Source: Armatimonadia bacterium
GTDB lineage: Bacteria; Armatimonadota; Zipacnadia; Zipacnadales; UBA11051
Direction: 5' to 3'
DNA length: 13,189 bases
Assembly (NCBI GenBank): GCA_039683575.1
Contig: JBDKRC010000189.1
Location: 1-13,189, forward strand
Shown here: positions 1 through 8,038 of the stretch, piece after piece
How positions within the stretch are numbered: position 1 is the first letter of the stretch
How the letters are laid out: each line of letters opens with the position of its first letter
Made by a program: the position numbers and the translations under genes
Notes under the pieces: model-generated
What the model saw: the letters and a program-made list of their open reading frames with translations, nothing else
What the model was told of the DNA's origin: nothing
Database searches by the model: none

Positions 1-1541
1 GGGCTGCCGATGTTGTGGAAGAAGTTGTACCGGACGTAGTTGCCCCGGCAGGATGGGTCGCGGCCCTTGTAATACGCGCCGCAGTCGTCGGTTTCGGTGC
101 AGATGTGGTGAACCACATTGTATTCGAAGATGTGATCATTCCCGTGGACGCCGATGGCCTGGTGCGGGGCGTCGTGGATCAGGCAATTGGCTACGCGGTT
201 GCCCACGCCCTGGATCAGGAAGGCGTTGGCATAGGTCAACTGGTGCTCTGAGTAGCGCCAGACGTGACAGTTCACGGCCTCGTGCTTCGCGGGCGTCAGC
301 GTCTTGCGGTCGCCCCCGGCCAGAATCACGCCGCCGGTGCCGGTATGGTGGACGTCGCACGCTTCGAGCTTGTGCCGAGCCCCTCCCTGCACCTCAATGC
401 CCACCTGCCGGACGTTGCGTACCTCGCAGGCTTGGACGGCGCCGTCGCTGCCGCCGGTGATGGTGATGCCTGTACCCAGGCCGTTCTCGATGATGAAGCC
501 ACGCAGCGTGACGTTGCTGACCTCGGTGAGGCGGACAACCGGCGCATCGAGCGTCGAGAGCGCCAGGCGCGCGCCCTTGAGCGCCGCGGGCGGGTAGAAG
601 TACAGCGTCGAAGTCTTGCGGTCAATGTAGTACTCGCCGGGCGAGGTGAGCTCTTCCAGCACATTCATGGCCTTGTAGCGCCGCGGGGACGGGTTCCCCT
701 GCTTCACCCCGTAGACAGTCGGCTCGGCCAGCGTAATCTGCCTGGTCGCAGTATCTATCGCTTTGACCTGGATCGTCTCGTCAAACCAGTCAAAGCACCA
801 GTACCCCTGCAGCCACACCCCCTCATCCACCCGCCAGTGATTCGGCGTGTCCTCGGCATACTCAAAGATGCCGCCGCGCGCGCCCGTATCGCCGGTTCGG
901 GGGATAGAGCCGCTCTCGATGATCTTGGCCACATGCGCCCAGCCGGTGTTCGGCCATTTGGCGACAGTCATGCGCTCATCGTTGAAAAACAGTTCGGGCA
1001 CCGCCGGTGCGCCGCGGTACCGGGGTGGAAAGCTGCCCAGAGACGTGAGCCCCAGCGGCTTGAGATCAAGCTCAAGCACCGTGTCGCGCACCTCGGGCTG
1101 CAGGCGAGCCTTGAACGCGTCGCTGCTCAGGGGCTTCAGGCCCTCAACCGGAAGATCACGCCCGCCCGTAAGCCTGACAACCTCGCCCGCTGCCGCGCGG
1201 TAGGTAACCGGACGGCTGATCGTCCCCGAATCCTCCGCCGTAAGCTCAAAACTCGCCGGAAGGTTGTAGACGCCCCCGCGCACCACCACAACCACGCCTC
1301 CACGCGGCAGCCCGTCCTTGGTCTTCAGCTTACGGACGGCATCGCGCACCGCTGTGAGCGTTGCCAGGGGCCCATCGGTCTTGCCGGCATTGGGCGCTGC
1401 TAACGTCCCCGACCAGTCGTCGCGCCCGTCAGTGGCGACGTAGTAGGTGACGCCCGGCTCCCTGGCGGCCCTGAGTTCCCCTGGGGTCAGTGTCAGAAGC
1501 AGACACGCTGCGAGTGCGATCAGGCAGGGCTGATAGGGCAA
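1..1541 (-). CDS. Secreted right-handed parallel beta-helix repeat protein (GH141-like architecture), 3' end beyond left edge of window
   Basis: Manual translation of the - strand from TTG at 1541, with GAGGGAG RBS ~9 nt upstream, is open to position 1: MPYQPCLIALAACLLLTLTPGELRAA (signal-peptide-like), then YYVATDGRDDWSGT...DGPLATL...VRGGVY, ELFFNDERMTVAKWPN, GYWCFDWFD, NVLEELTSPGEYYID, IHDAPHQAI...GNDHIFEYNVVHH...DDCGAYY. Absent from the ORF track because there is no stop in the window. Confidence 0.9.
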   Translation of the reverse strand, partial: MPYQPCLIALAACLLLTLTPGELRAAREPGVTYYVATDGRDDWSGTLAAPNAGKTDGPLATLTAVRDAVRKLKTKDGLPRGGVVVVVRGGVYNLPASFELTAEDSGTISRPVTYRAAAGEVVRLTGGRDLPVEGLKPLSSDAFKARLQPEVRDTVLELDLKPLGLTSLGSFPPRYRGAPAVPELFFNDERMTVAKWPNTGWAHVAKIIESGSIPRTGDTGARGGIFEYAEDTPNHWRVDEGVWLQGYWCFDWFDETIQVKAIDTATRQITLAEPTVYGVKQGNPSPRRYKAMNVLEELTSPGEYYIDRKTSTLYFYPPAALKGARLALSTLDAPVVRLTEVSNVTLRGFIIENGLGTGITITGGSDGAVQACEVRNVRQVGIEVQGGARHKLEACDVHHTGTGGVILAGGDRKTLTPAKHEAVNCHVWRYSEHQLTYANAFLIQGVGNRVANCLIHDAPHQAIGVHGNDHIFEYNVVHHICTETDDCGAYYKGRDPSCRGNYVRYNFFHNIGS

Positions 1542-1569
1542 GATGGTTCACTCCCTCTCAGGACTGTTG

Positions 1570-3273
1570 CTACTCTCCCACCGCTTCCGCCACGTCCGGC
1601 TCGGCGTCCGATTTCTTTGCCAGGCCCCTCGGCAGGACCTCAATCGCTACATACACACCCAGCACCACCAACAGCAGGCAGATCACGCCAAGCATCAGGC
1701 TGGGCTTGGGGCCCAGGAAGAAGCCGTAGCACTGGTAGAGCAGCGCCGCAAGCGTGGTCACAAGCATGAACACGCCGGGGATGAAAGAATAGACACTCGG
1801 GCGGCGGATACCGACGAGGTAAATTGAGATGACCAGCAGCGCCAGAGCCGCAATGAGCTGATTCGAAGCCCCAAACACCGGCCAGATCGTCTCTCCGGCA
1901 CCAGTCAGGCCCAGATAGCAGGCCGGGATGATGGTCACGATGCCGGAAATCCACCGGTTCTTCAGCGCGCCGATCTTGTCGGCCGCGGCTTCCTGCAGCA
2001 CAAACCGCCCCAACCGGGTGCAGGTGTCCAGTGTATCCAGCAACGTCGCGTTCAGGATGATCGCCCCGAAGAGCACGGCCGTGCTGAAGCCAATTGCCGG
2101 GAAGGCCTGGCTGACCATCTGCCCGAACGCCCTGATAAACACCGCCGCCGCCCCACCCTTGTCCTCCATCAGAACCGGCAGCACGAGCGACTTGCCATCC
2201 ACGCCGGTTATGTTGCCGACCCAGTACAAGGCGCCAACCACCAGGAAAACCACTTGCACCGCCAGCGCTGCCTCGAGGATCATGCTCCCAAAGCCAATTC
2301 GCCGCCCGTATTTCTCGGAGCTAAGCTGCTTGACGGTAGTCCCGCCCGCCACCACGCAATGGAACCCCGACACGGCTCCGCAAGCGATCAGGATGAACAG
2401 CATCGGCCAGACCGGCCCCTGTTTGGCCGACATCAGAGCCACATGCGCGGGAGCGTGAACCGCCGGAGCCACGATGAACAGCGCGACGAAACCAAGCGCG
2501 ATGCCGGCGTAGGCAATCATCGAGCTGAGATAGTCGCGCGGGGTCTCAAGGAACCAGATCGGCAGGACTGACGCCGCGAGGCAGTAGACCATGCAGGCGA
2601 GGAACCAGAACGTGAACGGATCGCCCAGGAAAGAGGGGAGAGGCAGCGGGTACATCTCGCCCAGCCACAGGAGCGCGATCATGGACACGAAGCCAAAGAC
2701 GCTGGCCTGCCACAGTGGGACGTTGCGCTTGTAGACCAGCAGGCCCATGATCGCCGCCACTGGCAGGAACCCCAGGTTAGGGATCACGACTGAGGGAGTG
2801 TTGACCAGCGTCTTGGCTGCCAGGATGCCGAACATCGCGATGATGAGGACCATCGTCAGCCACAGGAAGGCGGCGAAGACAAAGCTGGCGCGCTTTCCGA
2901 CCAGCCGCCCCGCGATTTCCGAAACGCTGCAGCCATCATGGCGCGCGGACATCATCAGCGACAGGTAGTCATGCACCGCGCCAATGAAGATGCTGCCCAC
3001 CAGAATCCAGCCCAGCGCCGCCGCCCAGCCGAAGTAGGTTACTGCGATGATCGGCCCGACAATCGGCCCGGCGCCTGAGATATTCGTGAAATGGTGCCCG
3101 AAGAGCATGACGGGCGGGGCCGGTTCATAGTCCACGCCATCACGCAAAGCGCACGCAGGCGTCTCGCGATCCACGTCAGGAGGCATGCACCGGCGCTCGA
3201 TGAATCGCCCGTAGAACCGGTACCCGAGGGCCAGCAGGGCGAGCATGGCGAGAGTGAGTAAGGCGGCGTTCAT
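1570..3273 (-). CDS. cstA: Carbon starvation protein A family (CstA/BtsT-like) membrane transporter
   Basis: 567 aa, highly hydrophobic; family motifs TPA...DGVDYEP, LFGHHF..ISGAGPIVGP, GSIFIGAVHD, LPIWFLETPRDY, WPMLFILIACGAVSGFH, TLDTCTRLGRF, IWPVFGASNQLIAAL. Confidence 0.93.
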   Translation of the reverse strand: MNAALLTLAMLALLALGYRFYGRFIERRCMPPDVDRETPACALRDGVDYEPAPPVMLFGHHFTNISGAGPIVGPIIAVTYFGWAAALGWILVGSIFIGAVHDYLSLMMSARHDGCSVSEIAGRLVGKRASFVFAAFLWLTMVLIIAMFGILAAKTLVNTPSVVIPNLGFLPVAAIMGLLVYKRNVPLWQASVFGFVSMIALLWLGEMYPLPLPSFLGDPFTFWFLACMVYCLAASVLPIWFLETPRDYLSSMIAYAGIALGFVALFIVAPAVHAPAHVALMSAKQGPVWPMLFILIACGAVSGFHCVVAGGTTVKQLSSEKYGRRIGFGSMILEAALAVQVVFLVVGALYWVGNITGVDGKSLVLPVLMEDKGGAAAVFIRAFGQMVSQAFPAIGFSTAVLFGAIILNATLLDTLDTCTRLGRFVLQEAAADKIGALKNRWISGIVTIIPACYLGLTGAGETIWPVFGASNQLIAALALLVISIYLVGIRRPSVYSFIPGVFMLVTTLAALLYQCYGFFLGPKPSLMLGVICLLLVVLGVYVAIEVLPRGLAKKSDAEPDVAEAVGE

Positions 3274-3361
3274 TGCAGGTCACCTTGCGCGCGTGCGCGC
3301 GCTGTCGAATAAGTACAACCACGAAAGCTTCCGCCCGCTCGCGCCGAATCCTCCCTCGCAC

Positions 3362-3395
3362 AAAAAGCAACGCCCCCGCAATTGCGAGGGCGTTG
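3362..3395 (-). terminator. Rho-independent terminator after the oxidoreductase gene
   Basis: - strand RNA CAACGCCCUCGC-AAUU-GCGGGGGCGUUG-CUUUUU: 12-bp stem with one G-U pair plus a U tract, ~25 nt after the stop at 3421. Confidence 0.85.
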
Positions 3396-3420
3396 GTGGA
3401 TTGCATGCAATGCCAGGCGA

Positions 3421-4494
3421 CTACAACTGTACGATGCCGCCCGTCTCAAGGCTCTTGTGCACGCCAGCGGCGATCTTGGTCGCCTCGATGCCGTCAACGC
3501 CACTCGGATAGTCGCCGAGGTCAGAGATCTTGCCGCCGTCGAGCAGCACGTTGAGGTTGTAGGCGAAGTCGGCGATGGAGTCCATGCCGTAGCCTTCCCA
3601 GATCTCGCGCCCCTGCTTGTCGAACTTCTGGCGCAGGAAGCTCTTGTTGTGGGTCTGCATACCGGGGGTGTCGCCCTCGCAGCAGGTGATGGTCCCGCGA
3701 TCCTGACTGTCGCATTCCATCATGCCAAGCTCGCCGACCATGCGGATGCCCTGGTTGACGACGGCCTCGAACTGGTACGGCAGGATCCACGAGTTGTCGA
3801 ACGCGACGGTCGCGCCGTTGTCGAACTGGACCTTGGCCGAAACCGAATCCCACGTGTCCACGCCGAGGCTGGAAAGCCGGCCCTTGCAGCCGGTAGCCCA
3901 GACAGCGACGCCGTTGGCGTTCATCATGTAGCGGGCCAGGTCATAGAAGTGAATGCCGAGGAACCAGGCCGGCGACGACTTCGGCGCCCAGTTGGGGAAC
4001 CAGTCCTTCGGTACCTCGATGCGGTCTTCCATGTGGCTGTAGCCATACTGGATCTTGCCCAGATCGCCCGCGTCCAGCTTCTGCTTCATGGCGATGTGGT
4101 ACTCGTCATACCGCTTGTGGAAGTCAACCTGCAAGAGCACGTTGTTCTTCGCTGCGGCCTCGGTCATCTTCTCGCAACCCTCGACGGTGACGTCCAGGGG
4201 CTTCTCGCAGAGCATGTGTACGCCCGCTTCGGCGCAGTGCATCACGATGTCATGATGGAAGGGGTCCGGGGTCACGATGGTGACGCCGTCGAGGTTCTCC
4301 TTCTCGATCATTTCCTTGTAGTCTTTGTAGGGCTTGAAGGAGAATTCCTTGGCCCGCTCTTCGAGCAGGTTCTCGTTCAGGTCCGAAGCCGCGACCAGTT
4401 CAGCCGCGCCAATGTACCCAAGCTGCCGGAAGCAGCGCAGGTGGTTGATGCCGAAAGTCCCGATGCCAATAATCCCGATGCGACACTTTGCCAT
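3421..4494 (-). CDS. Gfo/Idh/MocA family NAD(P)-dependent oxidoreductase
   Basis: 357 aa; Rossmann motif RIGIIGIGTFG, IVTPDPFH, HMLCEKP, QVDFHKRYD, catalytic-region FLGIHFYDL; GGGAGG RBS upstream. Confidence 0.93.
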   Translation of the reverse strand: MAKCRIGIIGIGTFGINHLRCFRQLGYIGAAELVAASDLNENLLEERAKEFSFKPYKDYKEMIEKENLDGVTIVTPDPFHHDIVMHCAEAGVHMLCEKPLDVTVEGCEKMTEAAAKNNVLLQVDFHKRYDEYHIAMKQKLDAGDLGKIQYGYSHMEDRIEVPKDWFPNWAPKSSPAWFLGIHFYDLARYMMNANGVAVWATGCKGRLSSLGVDTWDSVSAKVQFDNGATVAFDNSWILPYQFEAVVNQGIRMVGELGMMECDSQDRGTITCCEGDTPGMQTHNKSFLRQKFDKQGREIWEGYGMDSIADFAYNLNVLLDGGKISDLGDYPSGVDGIEATKIAAGVHKSLETGGIVQL

Positions 4495-4571
4495 GTTGAT
4501 AGCCTCCCTGGGCTCAATTCCAAAGTCAACGGCGGTTGAGACACCGCCTTATAGTCCCTACTGCTCGGAAA

Positions 4572-5813
4572 CTACCCGCACCACCGCGGGATAGCCAGCG
4601 CCAGCGCCTTCGCCGCGTCCAGCACGTCCTGATACTTGACCTTCTCGTCGCGCCCGTGCGCCTCGCGGATGTCGGAGGGCCCGAAGACTACGGTCGGAAT
4701 GTTGGCCATCTGTGCATACAACGCCGCATCGCAGGAAACGTTCCAGCCATAGACATCGCTCGGCCGGCCACATTCCTTCATCGCGCCATTGAGCGTGGTG
4801 ACAATCGGGTGGTTCGGGTCGATTTCGTACGCGTCCTTCTTCAGCTTCGGATACGACAGCTCGAAGTGATCCTTTAGCCACTCATCATCGCTCCGCCCCA
4901 CTGCCGCCTCAAGCTCCGCCCGTACCTGCGCGATGGTCTTGTTCGGCAGGAAGCCCACGCCGCCCTCCAGGATACACTCATCGGGTACCTTCGACGGCCA
5001 CTGCCCCGCGCGGATCATGCCGAGGCACACCTGCACCGGGTTTTCATAGCGGTCAAACAGCGGGTTGCCGCGGCTGTCCTCGATCAGTTCCTTCTCGTAA
5101 ACCAGCATCCACTTGATCGCTTCCATCATCTTCTCGATGGCATTGACGCCCTCGTGCCGGCGGCCCATGTGGGTAGAGATGCCGGTCGTCTTGGCCGTGA
5201 ACCACACCGCGCCGCGGTTGGCCGGGAAGACGTTCAGATCGGAAGCCTCGATGACTACGCACGCGTCGGCCTTGCAGCCCTGGCGGATCAGCGACAGCGC
5301 GCCATTGCCGCCCGGCTCTTCCTCGATGACAAGCTGCAGTTCGATGTCCGCCGCGGGCTGGTAGCCAAGCTCCTTCAGCGCGCGCAGCGCCATGATGCCG
5401 GAAAGCTGGCAGCCCTTGCAGTCAGTCGCGCCGCGGCCCCACATATACTCGCCGTCCCATTTCGGGGTGAAGCCGTCCCAGTCATCCGCGGGCACTACGT
5501 CCGAGTGGCTCTGGATGATCAGGCTGCGCCCGTTGCCGCTGCCCTTCTGCACGCTGAGCAGGTTGTAGCGCCCTTCGTAGCTGCACTCTTCTTCATTGTG
5601 GCAGTAGTCTGGGTCATTCATGATGCTGTCAGGGATTTCCCGGTACTCTGCGGGCAGGCCGTAGCTGCCAAGCAGGTCCTTCCAGTACGCCTGCTGCTCC
5701 TGCTCGCAGCCCTGCACGCTGCGGAAGCGGATGCAATCCTGCAAAATACGCAGGCCTTCTTCGCGATAGCTCTCGATCTTCTCGGCGATAGCCTGGCAAT
5801 TGAACTCGGGCAT
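4572..5813 (-). CDS. M20 family metallo-amidohydrolase, ArgE/DapE-like deacylase
   Basis: 413 aa; metal-ligand motifs SHSDVVP, WGRGATDCKG, IEEEPGGNG, VVIEAS, VVFGP...AHGRDE; dimerisation-domain GVNAIEK. Confidence 0.92.
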   Translation of the reverse strand: MPEFNCQAIAEKIESYREEGLRILQDCIRFRSVQGCEQEQQAYWKDLLGSYGLPAEYREIPDSIMNDPDYCHNEEECSYEGRYNLLSVQKGSGNGRSLIIQSHSDVVPADDWDGFTPKWDGEYMWGRGATDCKGCQLSGIMALRALKELGYQPAADIELQLVIEEEPGGNGALSLIRQGCKADACVVIEASDLNVFPANRGAVWFTAKTTGISTHMGRRHEGVNAIEKMMEAIKWMLVYEKELIEDSRGNPLFDRYENPVQVCLGMIRAGQWPSKVPDECILEGGVGFLPNKTIAQVRAELEAAVGRSDDEWLKDHFELSYPKLKKDAYEIDPNHPIVTTLNGAMKECGRPSDVYGWNVSCDAALYAQMANIPTVVFGPSDIREAHGRDEKVKYQDVLDAAKALALAIPRWCG

Positions 5814-5833
5814 CCGATCACTTCCTGAAGTTG

Positions 5834-5861
5834 ATTATTGCTCGTGAATTAGAGAAAGCAA
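5834..5861 (-). promoter_or_regulatory. Possible sigma70-type promoter for the M20 gene
   Basis: AT-rich intergenic patch; - strand TTGCTT-N16-AATAAT followed by AGGAAG and the ATG at 5813. Imperfect consensus and spacing. Confidence 0.3.
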
Positions 5862-5900
5862 GTTCGATATGTCGTGCGGTGGTTCCTGCCTCAAGCCAGT

Positions 5901-6800
5901 TCAGGTATTGCAGATCACCCGCGCGCCGTCTTCGTCCGGCCTGAGCACCAGCGACCGCGCCTGTACCCCTGCCTCGAGGAACGCCTGGCACATTACCGCG
6001 GCGATGTCATTCTCATAGTGGTCTGCAAATGCGGCGATGGTCGGTCCGGAGCCGCTCAGACACGCTGAATACGCCCCGGAGCGCAGCGCCGCCTCCTGCA
6101 CCTGCTCAAAGCCCGGTACCAGGTGTGCGCGGTAAGGCTGGTGCAAACGGTCGCGCATGCCGCAGCTCAGGTACTCCAGCCGTCCGGAGGTCAGCGCCGC
6201 CAGCGTCATCGCGGCGTGCGCCGCATTGTACACGCCATCGGCATGGGGGATGGAGGCCGGCATCACCTTGCGCGCCGCCTCCGTGCTGATCTCAAAGTCC
6301 GGTATTGCCACTACCACCAGGATCTCCGGCGCGGGCAGAGGCAGGCAGCACATCTCTTCACTCCCGCAGCACACCGTCAGCCCGCCGTAGATCGCCGGTG
6401 CCACATTGTCAGGATGTCCCTCAATGCTCGCCCCGAGCTGCAGAAGCTCCTCGGCCGAGGCGCCCAGGTCCAGAAGCTCGTTCGCCGCCACCAGCCCGCC
6501 GACGATGGCCGCCGAACTGCTTCCTAGCCCGCGGGCCAGCGGAATGTTGTTCACCTGCCGCAGACGCCAGCCCGGCACCTCCATCCCGGCCTCCCGGGCC
6601 AGGGCCGCAGCGCTGGACAGGATCAGGTGAGTATCGTCGCGCGGCAGCGTATCGGCTCCTTCGCCCTCAATCTCCACCGTCGTGGTGTCAGCGAACGCCA
6701 ACTCAACGACGTTGTACAGGCTCAGGGCCATCCCCAGCGTATCAAACCCGGGGCCGAGATTGGCGATTGTGGCCGGGGCCCAGACGGTTACCTGCTCCAT
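5901..6800 (-). CDS. thrB: Homoserine kinase (GHMP kinase family)
   Basis: PATIANLGPGFD, IPLARGLGSSSAA (GHMP P-loop), EGHPDNVAPA, DRLHQPYR, LSGSGPT. Start placed at ATG 6800 because GGAG lies 7 nt upstream; in-frame ATGs at 6806 and 6812 are alternatives. Confidence 0.93.
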   Translation of the reverse strand: MEQVTVWAPATIANLGPGFDTLGMALSLYNVVELAFADTTTVEIEGEGADTLPRDDTHLILSSAAALAREAGMEVPGWRLRQVNNIPLARGLGSSSAAIVGGLVAANELLDLGASAEELLQLGASIEGHPDNVAPAIYGGLTVCCGSEEMCCLPLPAPEILVVVAIPDFEISTEAARKVMPASIPHADGVYNAAHAAMTLAALTSGRLEYLSCGMRDRLHQPYRAHLVPGFEQVQEAALRSGAYSACLSGSGPTIAAFADHYENDIAAVMCQAFLEAGVQARSLVLRPDEDGARVICNT

Positions 6801-6835
6801 GGACATCTCCATCCATACGTGCGCCGTGCGGCGGC

Positions 6836-7948
6836 TTATACGTTGCTGTAGACTCGCGGCAGCCTGCTGCCCATCCGCGCCACAATCTCCTGGTTGATCG
6901 TCCCGCCAAGAGTGCTGATCTCAGAAATGCGGACTTCCTCGTCCCCCTGTGTGCCAAACACCACGACCGGCTCTCCGATCCCGTGCTGCGCGTCAGGACC
7001 GAGGTCAACGATGATGCAGTCCATGCACACCCGTCCCACCACCGGATGCCGCTTGCCGCCGATCAACACCTCCGCGACGCCGCTGAGCGAGCGCGGATAC
7101 CCGTCGGCATAGCCGATGGGGACAATCGCCAGCGTGGTGTCATACGGCGCTTCCCAGGTGCAGCCATAGCTAACCTTGTCGCCGGACTCCACGTGCTTCA
7201 GAAACGCGATGCGGGTATGTAGCGACATGGCCTCGCATAGATCGGGCATCTTGTCGTCAGGCACACCAGCCACGAGTCCGTAGAGCATCTCCCCGGGCCG
7301 TACTGCCGTGAAGTAGCACTCAGGATATAGACAGATGCCGGCGCTGCTGCAGAGGTGGTGGTAGGGGATAGGGCCGAGGATGGTCTCAACCGGACCGATG
7401 ATCGAGCGGAAGTTGCTGGCCTGAAAGGCCGTGAAGCCTGCGCCATCGGTCGGATCGGCCAAATGAGAGAAGATGCCTTGCCAGCGGATGTTCGGAAGTG
7501 GCGCGAGCTTCCCCGCCAGCTTTGGAGCATCCTCCAGTCGCGCGCCTAGCCTCGACATCCCCGTATCCACTTTGAGGTGGGCCGACACCGTCTTCCCCTG
7601 CGCCGTCGCGGCCTTGGAGAGTGCCAGCGCCAGTTCGAATTCCATGACGGCCGGCGTCAGATTCCACCGCACCAGCTCAGACGCCTGTTCCGGGAGCATT
7701 GCCCCCATGACCAGGATGTCTTCCATGAGCCCGCGCTGGCGCAGTTCGATGCCCTCTTCAAGCAGCGCCACCGCCAGCATGTCCGCCCCCGCCTCCACTG
7801 ACGCCCGCGCCACCGGCACTGCGCCATGCCCATATCCATCCGCCTTAACCACGGCAATTACGTTCGCACCCTCGCCTACCAACCCCCGCACGCTGCGCAG
7901 GTTGTGGCGAATGGCTTCGAGATCTATCAACAAATGAGCAGGACGCAC
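6836..7948 (-). CDS. alr: Alanine racemase family PLP-dependent amino acid racemase (substrate may not be alanine)
   Basis: 370 aa; AVVKADGYGHG (PLP Lys35), HLKVDTGMSRLG, GIFSHLA, VSYG (catalytic Tyr261), IGYADGYPR, VGRVCMD; GTG start with GGAG 9 nt upstream. Confidence 0.92.
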   Translation of the reverse strand: MRPAHLLIDLEAIRHNLRSVRGLVGEGANVIAVVKADGYGHGAVPVARASVEAGADMLAVALLEEGIELRQRGLMEDILVMGAMLPEQASELVRWNLTPAVMEFELALALSKAATAQGKTVSAHLKVDTGMSRLGARLEDAPKLAGKLAPLPNIRWQGIFSHLADPTDGAGFTAFQASNFRSIIGPVETILGPIPYHHLCSSAGICLYPECYFTAVRPGEMLYGLVAGVPDDKMPDLCEAMSLHTRIAFLKHVESGDKVSYGCTWEAPYDTTLAIVPIGYADGYPRSLSGVAEVLIGGKRHPVVGRVCMDCIIVDLGPDAQHGIGEPVVVFGTQGDEEVRISEISTLGGTINQEIVARMGSRLPRVYSNV

Positions 7949-7974
7949 GCGTCACATCTCCATCCAATTGGCGC

Positions 7975-8008
7975 GAAACAGGCTGCGCCCATGCGGGAAG
8001 CAGCCTGT
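7975..8008 (-). terminator. Stem-loop after the ABC permease gene; possible weak terminator or mRNA-stabilising hairpin
   Basis: ACAGGCTGC (7978-7986) pairs with GCAGCCTGT (8000-8008), with an inner CCC/GGG stem; only a short U run follows on the - strand. Confidence 0.55.
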
Positions 8009-8038
8009 CAGGCAAAGGAAACTCCACCGCTCGCGCTA

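Noticed and set aside
264-1403. 379 aa + strand ORF
   Set aside because: Antisense shadow of the beta-helix gene; no recognisable motifs, and long shadow ORFs are expected in GC-rich coding DNA.
3382-4539. 385 aa + strand ORF
   Set aside because: Antisense to the well-supported Gfo/Idh/MocA gene; no family motifs.
4531-4548. GGCGGT/ACCGCC hairpin between the M20 and oxidoreductase genes as a terminator
   Set aside because: Only a 6-bp stem without a convincing U tract.
5870-5879. 10-mer TGTCGTGCGG whose reverse complement recurs near 12898-12907
   Set aside because: A single 10-bp match is expected by chance in 13 kb of GC-rich DNA.
6305-7222. 305 aa Pro/Arg-rich + strand ORF
   Set aside because: Overlaps thrB and alr on the opposite strand; composition typical of off-frame GC-rich translation.
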